From: Obrimoposthia wandeli
Taxonomy: Eukaryota
Direction of reading: 5' to 3'
Length of the DNA stretch: 64,000 nt
Assembly: GCA_977020255.1 (NCBI GenBank)
Contig: CDROCS010003176.1
Location: 124,001-188,000 of the forward strand
A program made the position numbers and the translations under genes. Below the pieces are notes generated by a model. The model did not search any database. It saw nothing but the letters and a program-made list of their open reading frames with translations, and had not been told where the DNA came from. Shown here in pieces: positions 19,198 through 31,600 of the stretch; the stretch's first letter is position 1, and every line of letters begins with the position of its first letter.

Positions 19198-19865
19198 ATG
19201 AACAACATGTTTGGCAAATGCTAGGTGGTTTGGCAACAAGTCTTGAACTGACAATCGCTTCTCTATTAGTGGGTTGTACGCTTGCATTATTAATGACATT
19301 AACACTGATCATGCGAACAACGGGTTTACACTGGATCAGCCGTGGCATTATTACGTTGTTTACAGGTACACCGTTGCTGGTTCAAATATTCTTGATTTAT
19401 TACGGCCCTGGGCAATTTGAAGCAGTACGCGAAAGCTTTCTTTGGAATGGGTTAAGCCAACCTTGGTTCTGTGCGATGTTAGCCTTGGCATTAAACACGG
19501 CAGCATACAGCACGCAGTTATTTAAAGGGGCTTTCAACGCTATTCCTTCTGGTCAATGGCAAGCATGTCGTGCACTTGGTATGGATAAATTCGCGACACT
19601 ACGCGTATTATTACCGTTTGCCATTCGTCGTGCCGTGCCTGCTTATTCAAATGAAGTTATCTTGGTCTTTAAAGGCACTTCGCTTGCCAGCACTATCACT
19701 ATTATGGACCTGATGGGTTATGCGCAACGTATTAACGCTCAGACCTATGACACTTTGGTCGTATTCAGTATTGCAGGCGTATTCTACCTTGGTGTGAATG
19801 GCATTTTAACGCTGATTTTCCGCCAAGTTGAAAAGAAAGCCTTGGCGTTTGAAGTTGCTCATTAA
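19194..19865 (+). CDS. artM: Arginine ABC transporter permease
   Basis: FTGTPLLVQ, GQWQACRALG, KGTSLASTIT. Confidence 0.88.
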   Translation: MNEQHVWQMLGGLATSLELTIASLLVGCTLALLMTLTLIMRTTGLHWISRGIITLFTGTPLLVQIFLIYYGPGQFEAVRESFLWNGLSQPWFCAMLALALNTAAYSTQLFKGAFNAIPSGQWQACRALGMDKFATLRVLLPFAIRRAVPAYSNEVILVFKGTSLASTITIMDLMGYAQRINAQTYDTLVVFSIAGVFYLGVNGILTLIFRQVEKKALAFEVAH

Positions 19866-19894
19866 TCGAAATATACCCTCAAAAATCTGATACC

Positions 19895-19932
19895 AAAAAA
19901 GCCCCTCAGAACAAAACTGTAGGGGCTTTTTT
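19895..19932 (+). terminator. Rho-independent (bidirectional-type) terminator after artM
   Basis: AAAAAAGCCCCT...AGGGGCTTTTTT. Confidence 0.8.
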
Positions 19933-20171
19933 GTGAAATACGGTATGAGCTTAGATTATTCCACCTGAACATTGCCACCCTGCGTATTATGCCCCTCAAA
20001 TATGACAAAACATAAGCTTGAATCACATACATTGTTATATTTATCATCTAGCATGACACGTTCGAATTTGAAGTGATTACGGGTCATTTCGAAAGCAAAG
20101 ATGATTGATGAGTCTATTTTACCTTCATATGAGACTCAAACGACCATCTTAATACAACAATAATTATCAGG

Positions 20172-22196
20172 TTGACTGCAGATAGGAATAAAAATGAGGA
20201 CAAGAACATGAGGTCTATTCGATATATATACCCACTTTATTTTACTGCATTTATGCTGTTTATCGGGTTAGTCACCACATTGGGCATCAACTACTGGGTT
20301 TCACCGAAGTTAGTCACCAATGAAGAAACTATTATAACAAACACACTCCAAGACCTTAATAGTGACATTTTCACTGAGCTCGAACAGGTTCAAGCACAAC
20401 AACGTACTATCACCCAAACCATTCCATTAGTTTCAAGTGAACAGATCGATCAAATTCTACCGGGATTAGTTGATCAATACGGAAAAACTCAAGTATTTGG
20501 TGGCGGTATTTGGCCGTTACCAGAGCAGCGCCAGCAAGGGATTGATAAATACAGTACCTTTTATCACCGTGACGCCAGTAATAAGCTAATTGAAAATACT
20601 TACTGGAATTCTGCTGATTCGCTTAATTACTACGAGCAAGGCTGGTACAAAAATGGCTTAAACGCACCACAAGGACAATGTGCTTGGGCACCCGCTTATA
20701 AGGACTCGGCCAGTGCAGAGGCAAGAACAAATTGCGCTATGTCTATTTTGAAAGAAGGTAAACAATACGGCATTGCAACAATTGATCTAACATTAGGTTT
20801 CTTCAATGACCTTGTCGAAGAAAAAGAACGGGCATTAAATGGTGATATTCTCATCATCGAATCTGACGGTAAAATACTCAACAATACACGTAGTATTAAC
20901 CGCTCACTCATACTTGACAATCTTTCATCTATTGCTCAAGAGTCACCCTTTGCTGCGAATATTAGCCGTAACCTTTCTCAGGTAACAGACAATAAACCAC
21001 TGCAGATTCGTTATGATAATAACGGGGTTAATTATACGTTATTCATGCATCGAATTTCAGGAACGCCATGGACCGTTGCATTTAGCACTCAAACGACCCT
21101 ACTCGAATCAACGACTCACTCAATTCTAGTCACTCTGGCTTCAATTCAACTTCCTATTGCTGCTGCTATTATTCTCTTTTGCTTTATTGCATTCTCACAA
21201 CTAGCCCGACGGCTCGAAGCATTAAGGAATAATATTGAAGCTCTATCATCGGGCGACGCCGATTTAACCGCTGAAATTAAAATTAATAAAAATGACGAAG
21301 TTGGAGGTATTGCAGTATCCGTTAACCATTTCATTATCTATCTACGAGAGATGATGGGGTCTGTATCCAATTCAAGTCATCAAATTTCAAACATTATCGA
21401 CGAAGTCAAAAATCAAAGCCAAATTAACCACGATATTGTTGATCGCCATGCCAATGAAACAATGCAGGTTATTACAGCTATTAATGAAATGGCTTCTACG
21501 GCAGAAGAAGTTGCACGTAATACCACCAATACCGTCACCAATACCCATAGCGCCACAGTTGCTGCCGATCAATCAAAAGCAGCGGTTAACAAAGCAACAG
21601 ACAGCGTTGCTTTATTAATGACGCAAATTGAAACCGCATCAGAAAATGTGACCGAGATGAGCAATGAAACTCAGAAAATAAGTACAGTACTTAATGTGAT
21701 TCGTGATATCGCAGAACAAACCAATCTATTGGCGCTTAACGCTGCCATTGAAGCCGCACGCGCCGGCGATCAAGGTAGAGGGTTTGCGGTTGTTGCTGAT
21801 GAAGTACGTGCACTTGCTGCTCGTACACAAAATAGCACCGCTGAAATCAATGAGATGTTAACCCACCTTCAAGCTGGGGTTACAACCGTTGTAACAGCCA
21901 TGAACAACACAAAAACACGTTGTGAGGTCGTTGTTGATGATACAGAGCACGTCAATGGGGGGCTAGATGAAATGATGATCTCTATAAATGAAATCAACGA
22001 CTTAAACTCGCATATAGCAACAGCAGCGGAAGAGCAGAGTTCTGTTACTGAAGAAATAAACCACAACATGAGTCAGATTCAAAATATGATTCAAATGCTA
22101 ACAGAAAGCGCTCAACAAACGACAACATCCAGCCATTCGTTATCTGAAGCCAACAACCAACTAAATAAATTAGTTAGTCGCTTCAAGTTATCCTAA
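20172..22196 (+). CDS. Methyl-accepting chemotaxis protein with Cache-type sensor (start may be 20208)
   Basis: Two TMs, HAMP, signalling domain [34 protein letters not shown]. Confidence 0.93.
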   Translation: MTADRNKNEDKNMRSIRYIYPLYFTAFMLFIGLVTTLGINYWVSPKLVTNEETIITNTLQDLNSDIFTELEQVQAQQRTITQTIPLVSSEQIDQILPGLVDQYGKTQVFGGGIWPLPEQRQQGIDKYSTFYHRDASNKLIENTYWNSADSLNYYEQGWYKNGLNAPQGQCAWAPAYKDSASAEARTNCAMSILKEGKQYGIATIDLTLGFFNDLVEEKERALNGDILIIESDGKILNNTRSINRSLILDNLSSIAQESPFAANISRNLSQVTDNKPLQIRYDNNGVNYTLFMHRISGTPWTVAFSTQTTLLESTTHSILVTLASIQLPIAAAIILFCFIAFSQLARRLEALRNNIEALSSGDADLTAEIKINKNDEVGGIAVSVNHFIIYLREMMGSVSNSSHQISNIIDEVKNQSQINHDIVDRHANETMQVITAINEMASTAEEVARNTTNTVTNTHSATVAADQSKAAVNKATDSVALLMTQIETASENVTEMSNETQKISTVLNVIRDIAEQTNLLALNAAIEAARAGDQGRGFAVVADEVRALAARTQNSTAEINEMLTHLQAGVTTVVTAMNNTKTRCEVVVDDTEHVNGGLDEMMISINEINDLNSHIATAAEEQSSVTEEINHNMSQIQNMIQMLTESAQQTTTSSHSLSEANNQLNKLVSRFKLS

Positions 22197-22288
22197 CGTT
22201 CAACGTTACCGGTATAAAATAACAAACAATAAGTGGTCACTTCAGGCTACTTATTGTTTCTGCCCACCTATGGGTCCAACAGGTTTCA

Positions 22289-22304
22289 TTGGTAACGATT
22301 ACAC
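22289..22304. promoter_or_regulatory. Putative GalR operator upstream of galR
   Basis: TTGGTAACGATTACAC vs GTGNAANCGNTTNCAC (2 mismatches). Confidence 0.55.
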
Positions 22305-22438
22305 GGCCTTTCAGTACTGATTTACAAGGAATACTATACAACCAGCCTATCAATTTGATGATCTCTATTTGCGTTATTTTCACAACCGTTGTTAAATGGC
22401 ATAGGTAAAAAGAATAGTAGTATTTATTAGGATAATGT

Positions 22439-23461
22439 ATGGCAACGATTAAAGATGTAGCAAAGGAAGCAGGTGTTTCTATCGCTACGGTTTCACGTGT
22501 TATTAACAAGTCACCCAAGGCAAGTAAATCTGCTATTGATGCTGTTAGTACTGCCATGCGCAAACTGGGTTATCGCCCTAATGCCAATGCTCGAGCACTG
22601 GTTAGTCAATCGACAAATACATTAGGCGTATTAGTTGGCGATGTATCCGACCCTTTCTTTGGTTTAATGGTTAAATCCATCGATAATATAGCGCGTAATA
22701 ACGGTAAACATATTCTTATTGGTAATGGCTATCACGATGCAGATACTGAACGTGATGCAATCGAGTTATTGATAAACAGCCGTTGTGAATCATTAGTTAT
22801 TCACAGTAAAGGCTTATCGAATGAAGAACTGATTGCCTACGCAAAGGAAGTACCAGGGCTAGTACTGATTAACCGATATATACCTGAAATTGCCGAAAAG
22901 TGTATAGCGTTAGATAATCACAAAGGGGCTTATCTTGCGACTGAATATTTGATTCGTCATGGCCACCAGCATATTGGCTATGTCTGTTCAAACCACAAAA
23001 TTGAAGATGCGGAACAGCGAAAAGCTGGCTACCAGGAAGCACTTAAAGCGCATGGCTTACATCAGCCTGAGAGCTATATTGAATATGGCAGCCCAGATGA
23101 GCAAGGCGGTGAACAAGCAATGACTAACTTGATTGCTAAAAACCTACCAATTACTGCAGTAGCCGCTTATAACGACTATATGGCTGCAGGCTCGCTGTCT
23201 ATTTTGGAAGAAAATGGGATTCAAGCACCTGAACACATGTCGCTAATTGGTTTCGATGATGGATTAATAGCAAAATACTTACATCCAAAATTAACCACCA
23301 TTCGCTACCCCATTCAAATGATGGCTGAGCATGCTGCCCAATTATCACTGAAATTAACCAATAAAAATCAACCGCTCGAACAAAAACAAACAGACACGGA
23401 AACACATATGTTTATGCCGACATTAGTGCGCCGCTTATCTGTCAATAAAATAAAAGACTAG
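22439..23461 (+). CDS. galR: GalR/GalS LacI-family repressor
   Basis: MATIKDVAKEAGVSIATVSRVIN HTH; adjacent to the gal operon. Confidence 0.9.
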   Translation: MATIKDVAKEAGVSIATVSRVINKSPKASKSAIDAVSTAMRKLGYRPNANARALVSQSTNTLGVLVGDVSDPFFGLMVKSIDNIARNNGKHILIGNGYHDADTERDAIELLINSRCESLVIHSKGLSNEELIAYAKEVPGLVLINRYIPEIAEKCIALDNHKGAYLATEYLIRHGHQHIGYVCSNHKIEDAEQRKAGYQEALKAHGLHQPESYIEYGSPDEQGGEQAMTNLIAKNLPITAVAAYNDYMAAGSLSILEENGIQAPEHMSLIGFDDGLIAKYLHPKLTTIRYPIQMMAEHAAQLSLKLTNKNQPLEQKQTDTETHMFMPTLVRRLSVNKIKD

Positions 23462-23469
23462 TTTTTTAT

Positions 23470-24570
23470 TTACACAACCGAAAATCGATACGTTGTTTGA
23501 TGCTCATACGTTTGTTCAGGTTGTACAATACAAGAAGGTTGCTGCCACTCAGGATGATTAGGGGAATCAGGCAAAAATTGGGTTTCTAACGCAAAACCTG
23601 CATGGTTTACGTATTCACCACCTTCTCGATTCGGACAACCCGCTAAATAATTACCGGTATAAAGCTGTATAGCAGGTTTAGTTGTCTGTAGTTCTAATCG
23701 TAATTTTCCATCTGGCGAAGTCACGCTTGCTGCTGTTACATTGCCTTGATGACATACTGTTTCCAGTAAAAAAGAATGATCATAACCCGCTGCTAATTGC
23801 TGATCATGGTCTGCCATAAAATCTTGCTTCAATTCCTTTGATTGCATGAAGTCAAAACTTGTACCCTGCACTTCTTTCAATTCACCAACCGGAATGCCAC
23901 TTGCGTCAGAAGGTAAATACTGTGAAGCATTCATCGTAAGCGAATGGTCAAGACAATCTGACTGTGAATCTGCCCCCAATAAATTGAAGTAAGCATGATT
24001 CGTCAGATTGATCGGACATGCTTTATCTGTGGTTGCACTATACGCAATAATCACTTCATTTTTGTTTGTCAGGGTATAACTAACAGACGCATTAACCTTA
24101 CCAGGAAAACCTTGGTCACCATCGGGTGATTCAAGTGTAAAGACTATCGTTTGCTCACGGCTTTCCTCAACTACCCCTTCAACCAACTCTTCAACTAACC
24201 CTTTAACTAACCAACGACGATGAGTAAAACTATCAGGCCCTCCGTGTAAACAATTACCCGCTTGATTCGTCAACACTTGGTGCATTTCACCATTAATCAC
24301 AAACCTGCCAGATTCAATGCGATTTGCATAACGACCAACCGTTGCCCCTAAATAGGCTTGTTGCTGTTGATGCTGCTTCATTGTTGCAACACCCAGTAGT
24401 ACTTCGCGGGTCGTTTCACCAAGGTGTACACAACAACTTAGCCATGTAGCGCCAATATCCATAAACGATACCGACATACCATTACGGTTTGTTAACGTAA
24501 AAATCTTCGCAGGACTGCCATCAAAGGCAATATCTTGTGTCATAGATTGATGCAATGTATTACTCATCAT
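23470..24570 (-). CDS. galM: Aldose 1-epimerase (mutarotase)
   Basis: GRYANRI, LHGG, NLTNHAYFNL and ETQFLPDSPN motifs. Confidence 0.93.
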   Translation of the reverse strand: MMSNTLHQSMTQDIAFDGSPAKIFTLTNRNGMSVSFMDIGATWLSCCVHLGETTREVLLGVATMKQHQQQQAYLGATVGRYANRIESGRFVINGEMHQVLTNQAGNCLHGGPDSFTHRRWLVKGLVEELVEGVVEESREQTIVFTLESPDGDQGFPGKVNASVSYTLTNKNEVIIAYSATTDKACPINLTNHAYFNLLGADSQSDCLDHSLTMNASQYLPSDASGIPVGELKEVQGTSFDFMQSKELKQDFMADHDQQLAAGYDHSFLLETVCHQGNVTAASVTSPDGKLRLELQTTKPAIQLYTGNYLAGCPNREGGEYVNHAGFALETQFLPDSPNHPEWQQPSCIVQPEQTYEHQTTYRFSVV

Positions 24571-24579
24571 CAGTCCTTA

Positions 24580-25782
24580 TTAAGCCGTTACTGATTCAAG
24601 TGCTGTTATACCGACGATTTCACCAGCACCAGACATGGCTTTACACACGTAAATAGATTCTTTCAACCCTGTTTCTGCTTCATATTTTGCTTCTACAACC
24701 GCTTTAACACTATCCACCATGGCTGGTGGCATAATCGCGACAATACAACCACCAAAGCCACCGCCAGTCATACGAACGCCACCTTCTTCACCAATGCATT
24801 CTTTAACCATATCAACCAATACATCAACTTCGCGTACTGTAATTTCAAAATCATCACGCATAGAGGCATGAGAATCTGCCATTAAACGGCCCATTTGTTT
24901 GATGTCATCAGCACTCAATGCCAGCGCGGCTTGTTCAGTACGATCGTTTTCAGTAATCACGTGACGCGCACGCTTCGCCACCATTTCATCAAGCTCATTC
25001 ACACGTTCATTAAATTGATCGATAGTGACATCACGTAATGCTTTTACACCAAAAATACGCGCAGCTTCTTCACATTGTTCACGACGCGTATTGTATTCAC
25101 TGTCTACTAAGCCGCGTTTTTTGTTCGAGTTAATAATAACCACAGCCATATCTTCTGGCATTGAAACAGGCGTCGTTTCAAGCGAACGACAATCAATTAA
25201 TAGTGCGTGGTTTGCTTTACCTTCTGCAGAAATTAATTGATCCATGATGCCGCAGTTACAACCCACAAATTGGTTCTCAGCTTGTTGGCCATTTAAGGCA
25301 ATATCTTGCTGCGTAATGGTTAAGTCATAAAGCGTTTTGAATGTCTGACCAATGACGACTTCAAGCGCAGCAGATGAACTTAAACCCGCCCCCTGAGGAA
25401 CATTACCGCTTACCGAAATATCTGCACCATTAAATTCATAACCACGCTCTAATAGGCATTTCACTACACCTTTCACATAGTTAATCCACATGCAGTCTTG
25501 ATCAAAGGTGATCGGTTGAGATAAATCAAACTCTTTTATTTCATTGCTGTAATCAACGGCAACAACACGAACGATACTATCTTCACGGCATGAAGCCGCA
25601 ACAATAGTTTGATAATCAATAGCACAAGGTAATACAAAGCCATCGTTATAATCTGTATGTTCACCGATAATGTTTACACGACCCGGTGCTTGAATAATCT
25701 TGTTTGGTGCATATCCCAATACATCAGTGAATACAGACGTTACGCGATGAATTAAGGCTTGAGATTTATTATTAATTGTCAT
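24580..25782 (-). CDS. galK: Galactokinase
   Basis: [37 protein letters not shown]. Confidence 0.96.
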   Translation of the reverse strand: MTINNKSQALIHRVTSVFTDVLGYAPNKIIQAPGRVNIIGEHTDYNDGFVLPCAIDYQTIVAASCREDSIVRVVAVDYSNEIKEFDLSQPITFDQDCMWINYVKGVVKCLLERGYEFNGADISVSGNVPQGAGLSSSAALEVVIGQTFKTLYDLTITQQDIALNGQQAENQFVGCNCGIMDQLISAEGKANHALLIDCRSLETTPVSMPEDMAVVIINSNKKRGLVDSEYNTRREQCEEAARIFGVKALRDVTIDQFNERVNELDEMVAKRARHVITENDRTEQAALALSADDIKQMGRLMADSHASMRDDFEITVREVDVLVDMVKECIGEEGGVRMTGGGFGGCIVAIMPPAMVDSVKAVVEAKYEAETGLKESIYVCKAMSGAGEIVGITALESVTA

Positions 25783-25833
25783 GTTCTTACTACCTAATAA
25801 TCTGTTGAAAATAATTAACGTTGCTATTCACTG

Positions 25834-26925
25834 CTATTGTTCACGAAAATGAATATCACTCAGTGCGCGTAATTTATCAGCTGCTTGTTCTGCGGTTAAA
25901 TCGCGTTGGCTTTCAGCCAGCATTTCGTAACCCACCATGAATTTACGCACGGTCGCAGAGCGTAAAAGAGGCGGATAGAACAATGCGTGAAGCTGCCAAT
26001 GCTCGATATTGGTGTCGTCATCCTGACCTTCTTTAAAGAAGGGTGCGTAATGCCAACCCATCGAATACGGGAACGAACACTTGAACAGATTGTCGTAACG
26101 GCTAGTCAGCTTTTTCATGGCTAGCGCAAGATCATCACGCTGCTCATCCGTTAATTCATTCATACGGCGTACATGTGTTTTTGGCATTAACATTGTTTCG
26201 AATGGCCATGCAGCCCAATAAGGCACCACAGCAATCCAATGTTCGGTTTCAACCACAGTGCGAGAGCCGTCTTTCATTTCACTGTTAACGTAATCAACCA
26301 GTAAATTCGTGCCGTTTTTCTGATAGTACGCTCTTAAATTGTCGTCTTTACGGGCAATTTCATTCGGTAAAAAGCTGTTCGCCCAAATTTGTCCATGCGG
26401 ATGAGGCTGAGAGCAGCCCATGGCTGAGCCTTTATTTTCAAAAGCTTGAACCCAAACATAATCTTGCCCCAACTCTTCAATCTGTTCGTTCCATGTATCA
26501 ACAACGCTACGAATAGCTGACACAGATAATTCTGGTAATGTCTTACTATGGTCAGGGGAGAAACACACGACGCGGCTAAGCCCTCGAGCACTCTCGCTTC
26601 GAAATAATGGGTTATCAGATTGCGGTGCGTCTGGTGTATCAACCGTTAACGCTGCATGATCATTATTGAATACGTAGGTGCCGGTATAATCTGGGTTTTT
26701 ATCACCAGACACGCGCGTATTCGTTGGGCATAAAAAACATCCACTATCATATTGTGTCTCAACTGCAGGCTCTGGTGTTTCATCCGCCCCCTGCCAAGGA
26801 CGTTTTGCCCGATGAGGTGAAACTAAAACCCATTGACCCGTTAAAGGGTTATAACGACGATGCGGATGATCGGTCGCGTCAAAAGTATCGTTATTCAAAT
26901 TTGTACTCGAATCCATATTCGACAT
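25834..26925 (-). CDS. galT: Galactose-1-phosphate uridylyltransferase
   Basis: [19 protein letters not shown] active site, VRKFMVGYE. Confidence 0.96.
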   Translation of the reverse strand: MSNMDSSTNLNNDTFDATDHPHRRYNPLTGQWVLVSPHRAKRPWQGADETPEPAVETQYDSGCFLCPTNTRVSGDKNPDYTGTYVFNNDHAALTVDTPDAPQSDNPLFRSESARGLSRVVCFSPDHSKTLPELSVSAIRSVVDTWNEQIEELGQDYVWVQAFENKGSAMGCSQPHPHGQIWANSFLPNEIARKDDNLRAYYQKNGTNLLVDYVNSEMKDGSRTVVETEHWIAVVPYWAAWPFETMLMPKTHVRRMNELTDEQRDDLALAMKKLTSRYDNLFKCSFPYSMGWHYAPFFKEGQDDDTNIEHWQLHALFYPPLLRSATVRKFMVGYEMLAESQRDLTAEQAADKLRALSDIHFREQ

Positions 26926-27084
26926 AATTAAAATTGCCTATTCAAAGTTGTACGAAGCAGGGCTTCAATTCATACATTCAATGCGATTCACGCATCTAAC
27001 CATGCTGCTTAAATATATTGTTGTATTAAATATATTGCCTTATTAAATACACTGTTTATTAAGTGCATTGATGGAAATGAGTGT

Positions 27085-28095
27085 TTAATAACCCTGAGGA
27101 TTTTCTGACTGCCAACGCCACGTATCTTGTGCCATATCGGTAATCTTGTAGTGAGCTTTCCAACCTAATTCTTGTTCTGCTTTTTGCGTATTCGCCCAAC
27201 ACTCTGCAATATCACCTGAACGGCGAGGACAAATCTTATAAGCAACATCATGACCACACGCTAGGCTGAATGCATTCACCATTTGTAATACGCTACTGCC
27301 CTGTCCTGTGCCCAGGTTGTAGATGTGCAAACCTGATTTTTGTCCAACAACATTTAGCGCTGCTACGTGACCATCCGATAAATCCATAACATGAATATAG
27401 TCACGCACGCCTGTACCATCGGGGGTGGGATAATCATCACCAAATACAGATAAGTACTCACGGCGACCAACAGCAACTTGCGCAATAAATGGCATTAGAT
27501 TATTGGGAATGCCTTGTGGGTCTTCGCCCATCGTGCCAGATGGATGTGCGCCAACTGGATTAAAATAGCGCAGTAACGTAATGCTCCATGTCGGATCAGC
27601 AAAGTGGATATCACGCAAGCATTCCTCAACCATATATTTACTACGACCATATGGGTTTGTGACATCACCTGTCGGAGTAGATTCGTTAATAGGCATTTCA
27701 GCCGGATCACCATAAACCGTTGCCGAAGAACTAAATACGAGGCTTTTTACATTCGATTTTGCCATTTCACCGACAAGCACAAGCGTACCGTGAACGTTGT
27801 TATCGTAGTATTCAAGCGGCTTTTCTACCGATTCACCAACCGCTTTCAAACCCGCAAAGTGAATAACAGAATCAATTTTTTGCTCGCTAAAGATTTGCGA
27901 AAGTATTGTCTGGTTACGAACATCACCGTCATAAAATAGAGGCGTTACACCTGTTAATGCATGCACTCTTTCAAGTACTGCTGAATTACTGTTCGATAAG
28001 TTATCGAGAATAATCGGCTCTAACCCTGCATTAATCATTTGCACACATGTATGGCTGCCGATGTAACCCATTCCACCAGTGACTAATACCTTCAC
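27085..28095 (-). CDS. galE: UDP-glucose 4-epimerase
   Basis: GGMGYIGSH, YGRSK, LRYFNPVGAH; GTG start. Confidence 0.96.
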   Translation of the reverse strand: MKVLVTGGMGYIGSHTCVQMINAGLEPIILDNLSNSNSAVLERVHALTGVTPLFYDGDVRNQTILSQIFSEQKIDSVIHFAGLKAVGESVEKPLEYYDNNVHGTLVLVGEMAKSNVKSLVFSSSATVYGDPAEMPINESTPTGDVTNPYGRSKYMVEECLRDIHFADPTWSITLLRYFNPVGAHPSGTMGEDPQGIPNNLMPFIAQVAVGRREYLSVFGDDYPTPDGTGVRDYIHVMDLSDGHVAALNVVGQKSGLHIYNLGTGQGSSVLQMVNAFSLACGHDVAYKICPRRSGDIAECWANTQKAEQELGWKAHYKITDMAQDTWRWQSENPQGY

Positions 28096-28162
28096 AATTT
28101 ATCTCCAAATCTTGATAACGATTAACTGCTAAAAAGTGTATCAAGCAAGACACCCTGAGATC

Positions 28163-28178
28163 CGTGATCAAAACCACA
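28163..28178. promoter_or_regulatory. Putative CRP site upstream of galE
   Basis: CGTGA-TCAAAA-CCACA. Confidence 0.5.
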
Positions 28179-28181
28179 CTT

Positions 28182-28197
28182 GTGTAAACGTTTCCAC
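28182..28197. promoter_or_regulatory. GalR operator upstream of galE
   Basis: GTGTAAACGTTTCCAC fits GTGNAANCGNTTNCAC exactly; a weaker second site lies at 28313-28329. Confidence 0.75.
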
Positions 28198-28644
28198 TAA
28201 ATAAAAAATGCATGAATCCCAAGGAAAAGCGGGATAGTTCTCTAAAATAAAGGGACAAGAAAGAAAGGTGTAAAAAGACGAAGAATCAAAATCCAATTTA
28301 TTTAGACAGATAATGTAAACGATTAACACTATGGTGACTGAGTCGTTATGCTAATTTGGTACGAAACACCGTAATGGAATAATCAGACCAATATGCATGG
28401 TAAATTAGACAATAAAGCTCTGTGAATTTAATAACATACCGATTAAATAAAATTCAGAGGTAGTAAATTTGAGGTTACCCCTGTAAAAAATAATGATAAA
28501 AAAGATATAATTGACATTAAAAACAATAGGTAATAAACAACCTTCATCACAACTATAAAATAAACCGTTTCAACTTAAAGCACTATGCCATCACATGTAT
28601 ATACTGTATACAAATAGGGGCAGTTTCAATTTTATGGATGATAT

Positions 28645-31600
28645 ATGAAAAAAACTTTACTTCGTTTTATTATATTGCTGTTACCCCTTCTATCAATTAT
28701 GACGGTAGCGACACTGTACATATATCATGAAGATGCTAACCAACTAGAGCTACGCATTCAGGAAAAAGAGCTAACTAAACACCAATCAGTCCTTCATATC
28801 ACCCGATTGCACTTCACACCGATCATTAATGATTTACGCTATTTAACAACAAAATCTCAAGAACTCGATTTCACTCCAGCGTTAACACCAAACCAAAAAG
28901 ATCGAATGCTAGAAACCTTTATTCGTATTATGAAAACAAGGAAACATTACGATCAAATACGTCTTATTAATGCTAATGGAATGGAAGTACTACGGGTTAA
29001 TAAAAAAGATGACGATATTGTTTTAGTACCCAATAATGAACTTCAAGATAAAAGTAAGCGACCTTATATTCAAAGAGGCCTACAAGTACCAGTTGGCAGT
29101 TTTTATACCTCCCAATTCGATCTTAATGTTGAAAATGGTGAGATTGAAACCCCCATTAAACCCATGCTGCGCTTTGTTAGCCATTTCAAATCAAATGGTG
29201 AATCTTGGTTAATCACATTAAATTATTTAGGTGACGAGTTTTTAGACCAAATACAGCAAGAATATAACTGGGGGCAAGGTGACGGAAACTGGCTCGTCAA
29301 TAACGATGGACAATGGCTTCTAGGTCCAAATAAAGGCAGTGCTTGGCAGTTTAATTTAAGTAATAACACCGGAACCAAAGACTTCTTTCAGCAGTATCCT
29401 GATATTTGGAATGAAATAGGTAAAAAGAAACACGGGCAAATACGTGCTGGTGATTACCTTTATACCTATTCTCGCTTCTTTTCTAGCAAAGAATTAACTA
29501 GCACCAAGTTATTTGTTCTTCCTTTTGAGGGCGCTGACTTACCTTGGACCATCATATCAAGAGTCAATATGCCAAATTTAGTGACTGAACTGTCCTTTTC
29601 TCAACAACGTATTATCAAATTTGCTACCTTTGGCATACTTCTAATGGCGTTAGTATCTGGCTGTATTGTGCTTGCTTGGCACCTGTACCAACAATTAATT
29701 AATGAAAAACAGCTAAAACAAGAAATTGATGACAACGCCCAACGTTACGCTTCGGTATTAAAAAATGCGCCAGATGGTTTAATAACGTTAAACAATAATT
29801 TAGAAATTACGGCTTTAAATCATTCTGCTGAACGTATTTTTAATATCACTGATACGACAGAAACCATCGGAAAAAATATTAATGACATTATTCATGATAC
29901 AAAAGCAAAAAACGCCCTGAATACACTCATTTATCAAGTTCAGCTTGCTATGGCAGATGGTAACAATACCCCAATCAAGGCTAGTATCCAGCTTCCAAAT
30001 CATGCGAACATAAAATATGTTGCTCTTATTGCGAGCGAAACAGTTTTCAGCTCAACCAGTGAAATTTTACTTCATATTAGTGATGTAACTGATTGGATTG
30101 AAAGAGAGTTAAAATTAAAAAGCCTATCTCGTGCAGTAGAGCAAAGTGACGATGCCGTTCTGATTACAGATAACAACGGCATTATTGAGTACGTAAACCG
30201 CTCTTTTGAGACATTTACTGGCATCACTTCAGAAGAGGCCTTAGGACGAAATTCGAGCACTTTAATGAAGGGTGCTAATGAAAAAAACGGTGAAATCAAA
30301 CATATCCAGCAGCAATTAAAAGCAGGAAGAACAATTAACCGCGTTATTACACGGAAGAAGCCTGATAATACAGTTTGCTATGAAGACGAAACTATTTCAC
30401 CGATACGTAATGATAATGGAAAAATAAGTCACTATATTTCAACAGGAAAAGATATCACTGAGCGCGTGTTGTTTGAAAGTAAACTTCATAAACTCGCCCA
30501 TTACGATCTTTTGACTGAGCTTCCTAATCGTCTGCTGCTTCAGCAGTACATTGAACAAGCAATCATCAATGCAAAAGAAAATAAAACATCGGTTGTCGTA
30601 TTAAACATAGACCTCGATTGGTTTAAAAAGATAAACGATTCTCTTGGTCATGATGTTGGTGACAAAGTCTTGATCACCATAGCTAAACGTATTACTCGTT
30701 CGCTTCGAGATGAAGACGTTCTTGCTCGTTTAGGAGGCGATGAGTTTGCCATTCTAATTCAATCAGATACTTCTTTTCAAAGTATCGCAGCACTTGCTGA
30801 CCGTATCATAAATAATATTTGTGCCTCTTTATCTATAGAAGAAAAATCATTATCGATTACAGCAAGCATGGGTATTGCTGTTTATCCTCAAGATTCTTTA
30901 GATAGTGATGCCTTATTAAAGAATTCTGATAATGCACTTTATCACGCTAAAGATCAGGGCCGTAATCGATATTGTTTTTTCACGCCCAAAATGGGTATAG
31001 AAAGTGTACAACGCCTTCAACTTGAATCTGACCTACGTAAAAGTCTAGGTACCGAACAGTACACGTTTTTTTATCAACCTAAAGTGAATGCAAAAACCCA
31101 TGAAGTCTGTGGTATTGAAGCGTTATTGCGCTGGAAGAACGAAGCAGGGCAAATACAATCTCCATTAGGGATCATCCCGATTCTAGAAAATTCCGGGCTT
31201 ATCATCAATGTTGGCGAAACGTTGATCAATCAAGCCTGTGAACAGTTAGCAATTTGGCAAAGCAACGGGTTAGACCTACACTTTGCATTGAATATATCTG
31301 CACGCCAATTATTGCATTCAGACATAGTGGATACCGTGTATAAAGCAGTTACTATGTCAGGCTGTAACCCCCACTATCTAGAGTTAGAAATAACGGAAAG
31401 TGTTGTCATGGCTGATGTGAAATTAGCCTTCGATAAGCTCATAAAATTAGAAGCTCTCGGTGTGAAAATTGCCATCGATGATTTTGGGACTGGATATTCT
31501 TCACTCGCCTACCTCAGTCGATTCCCAATACATATACTGAAGGTAGATAGAGAGTTTGTTCAAGACCTGCCAATGAATAAAGATAGCGTTACAATCACAC

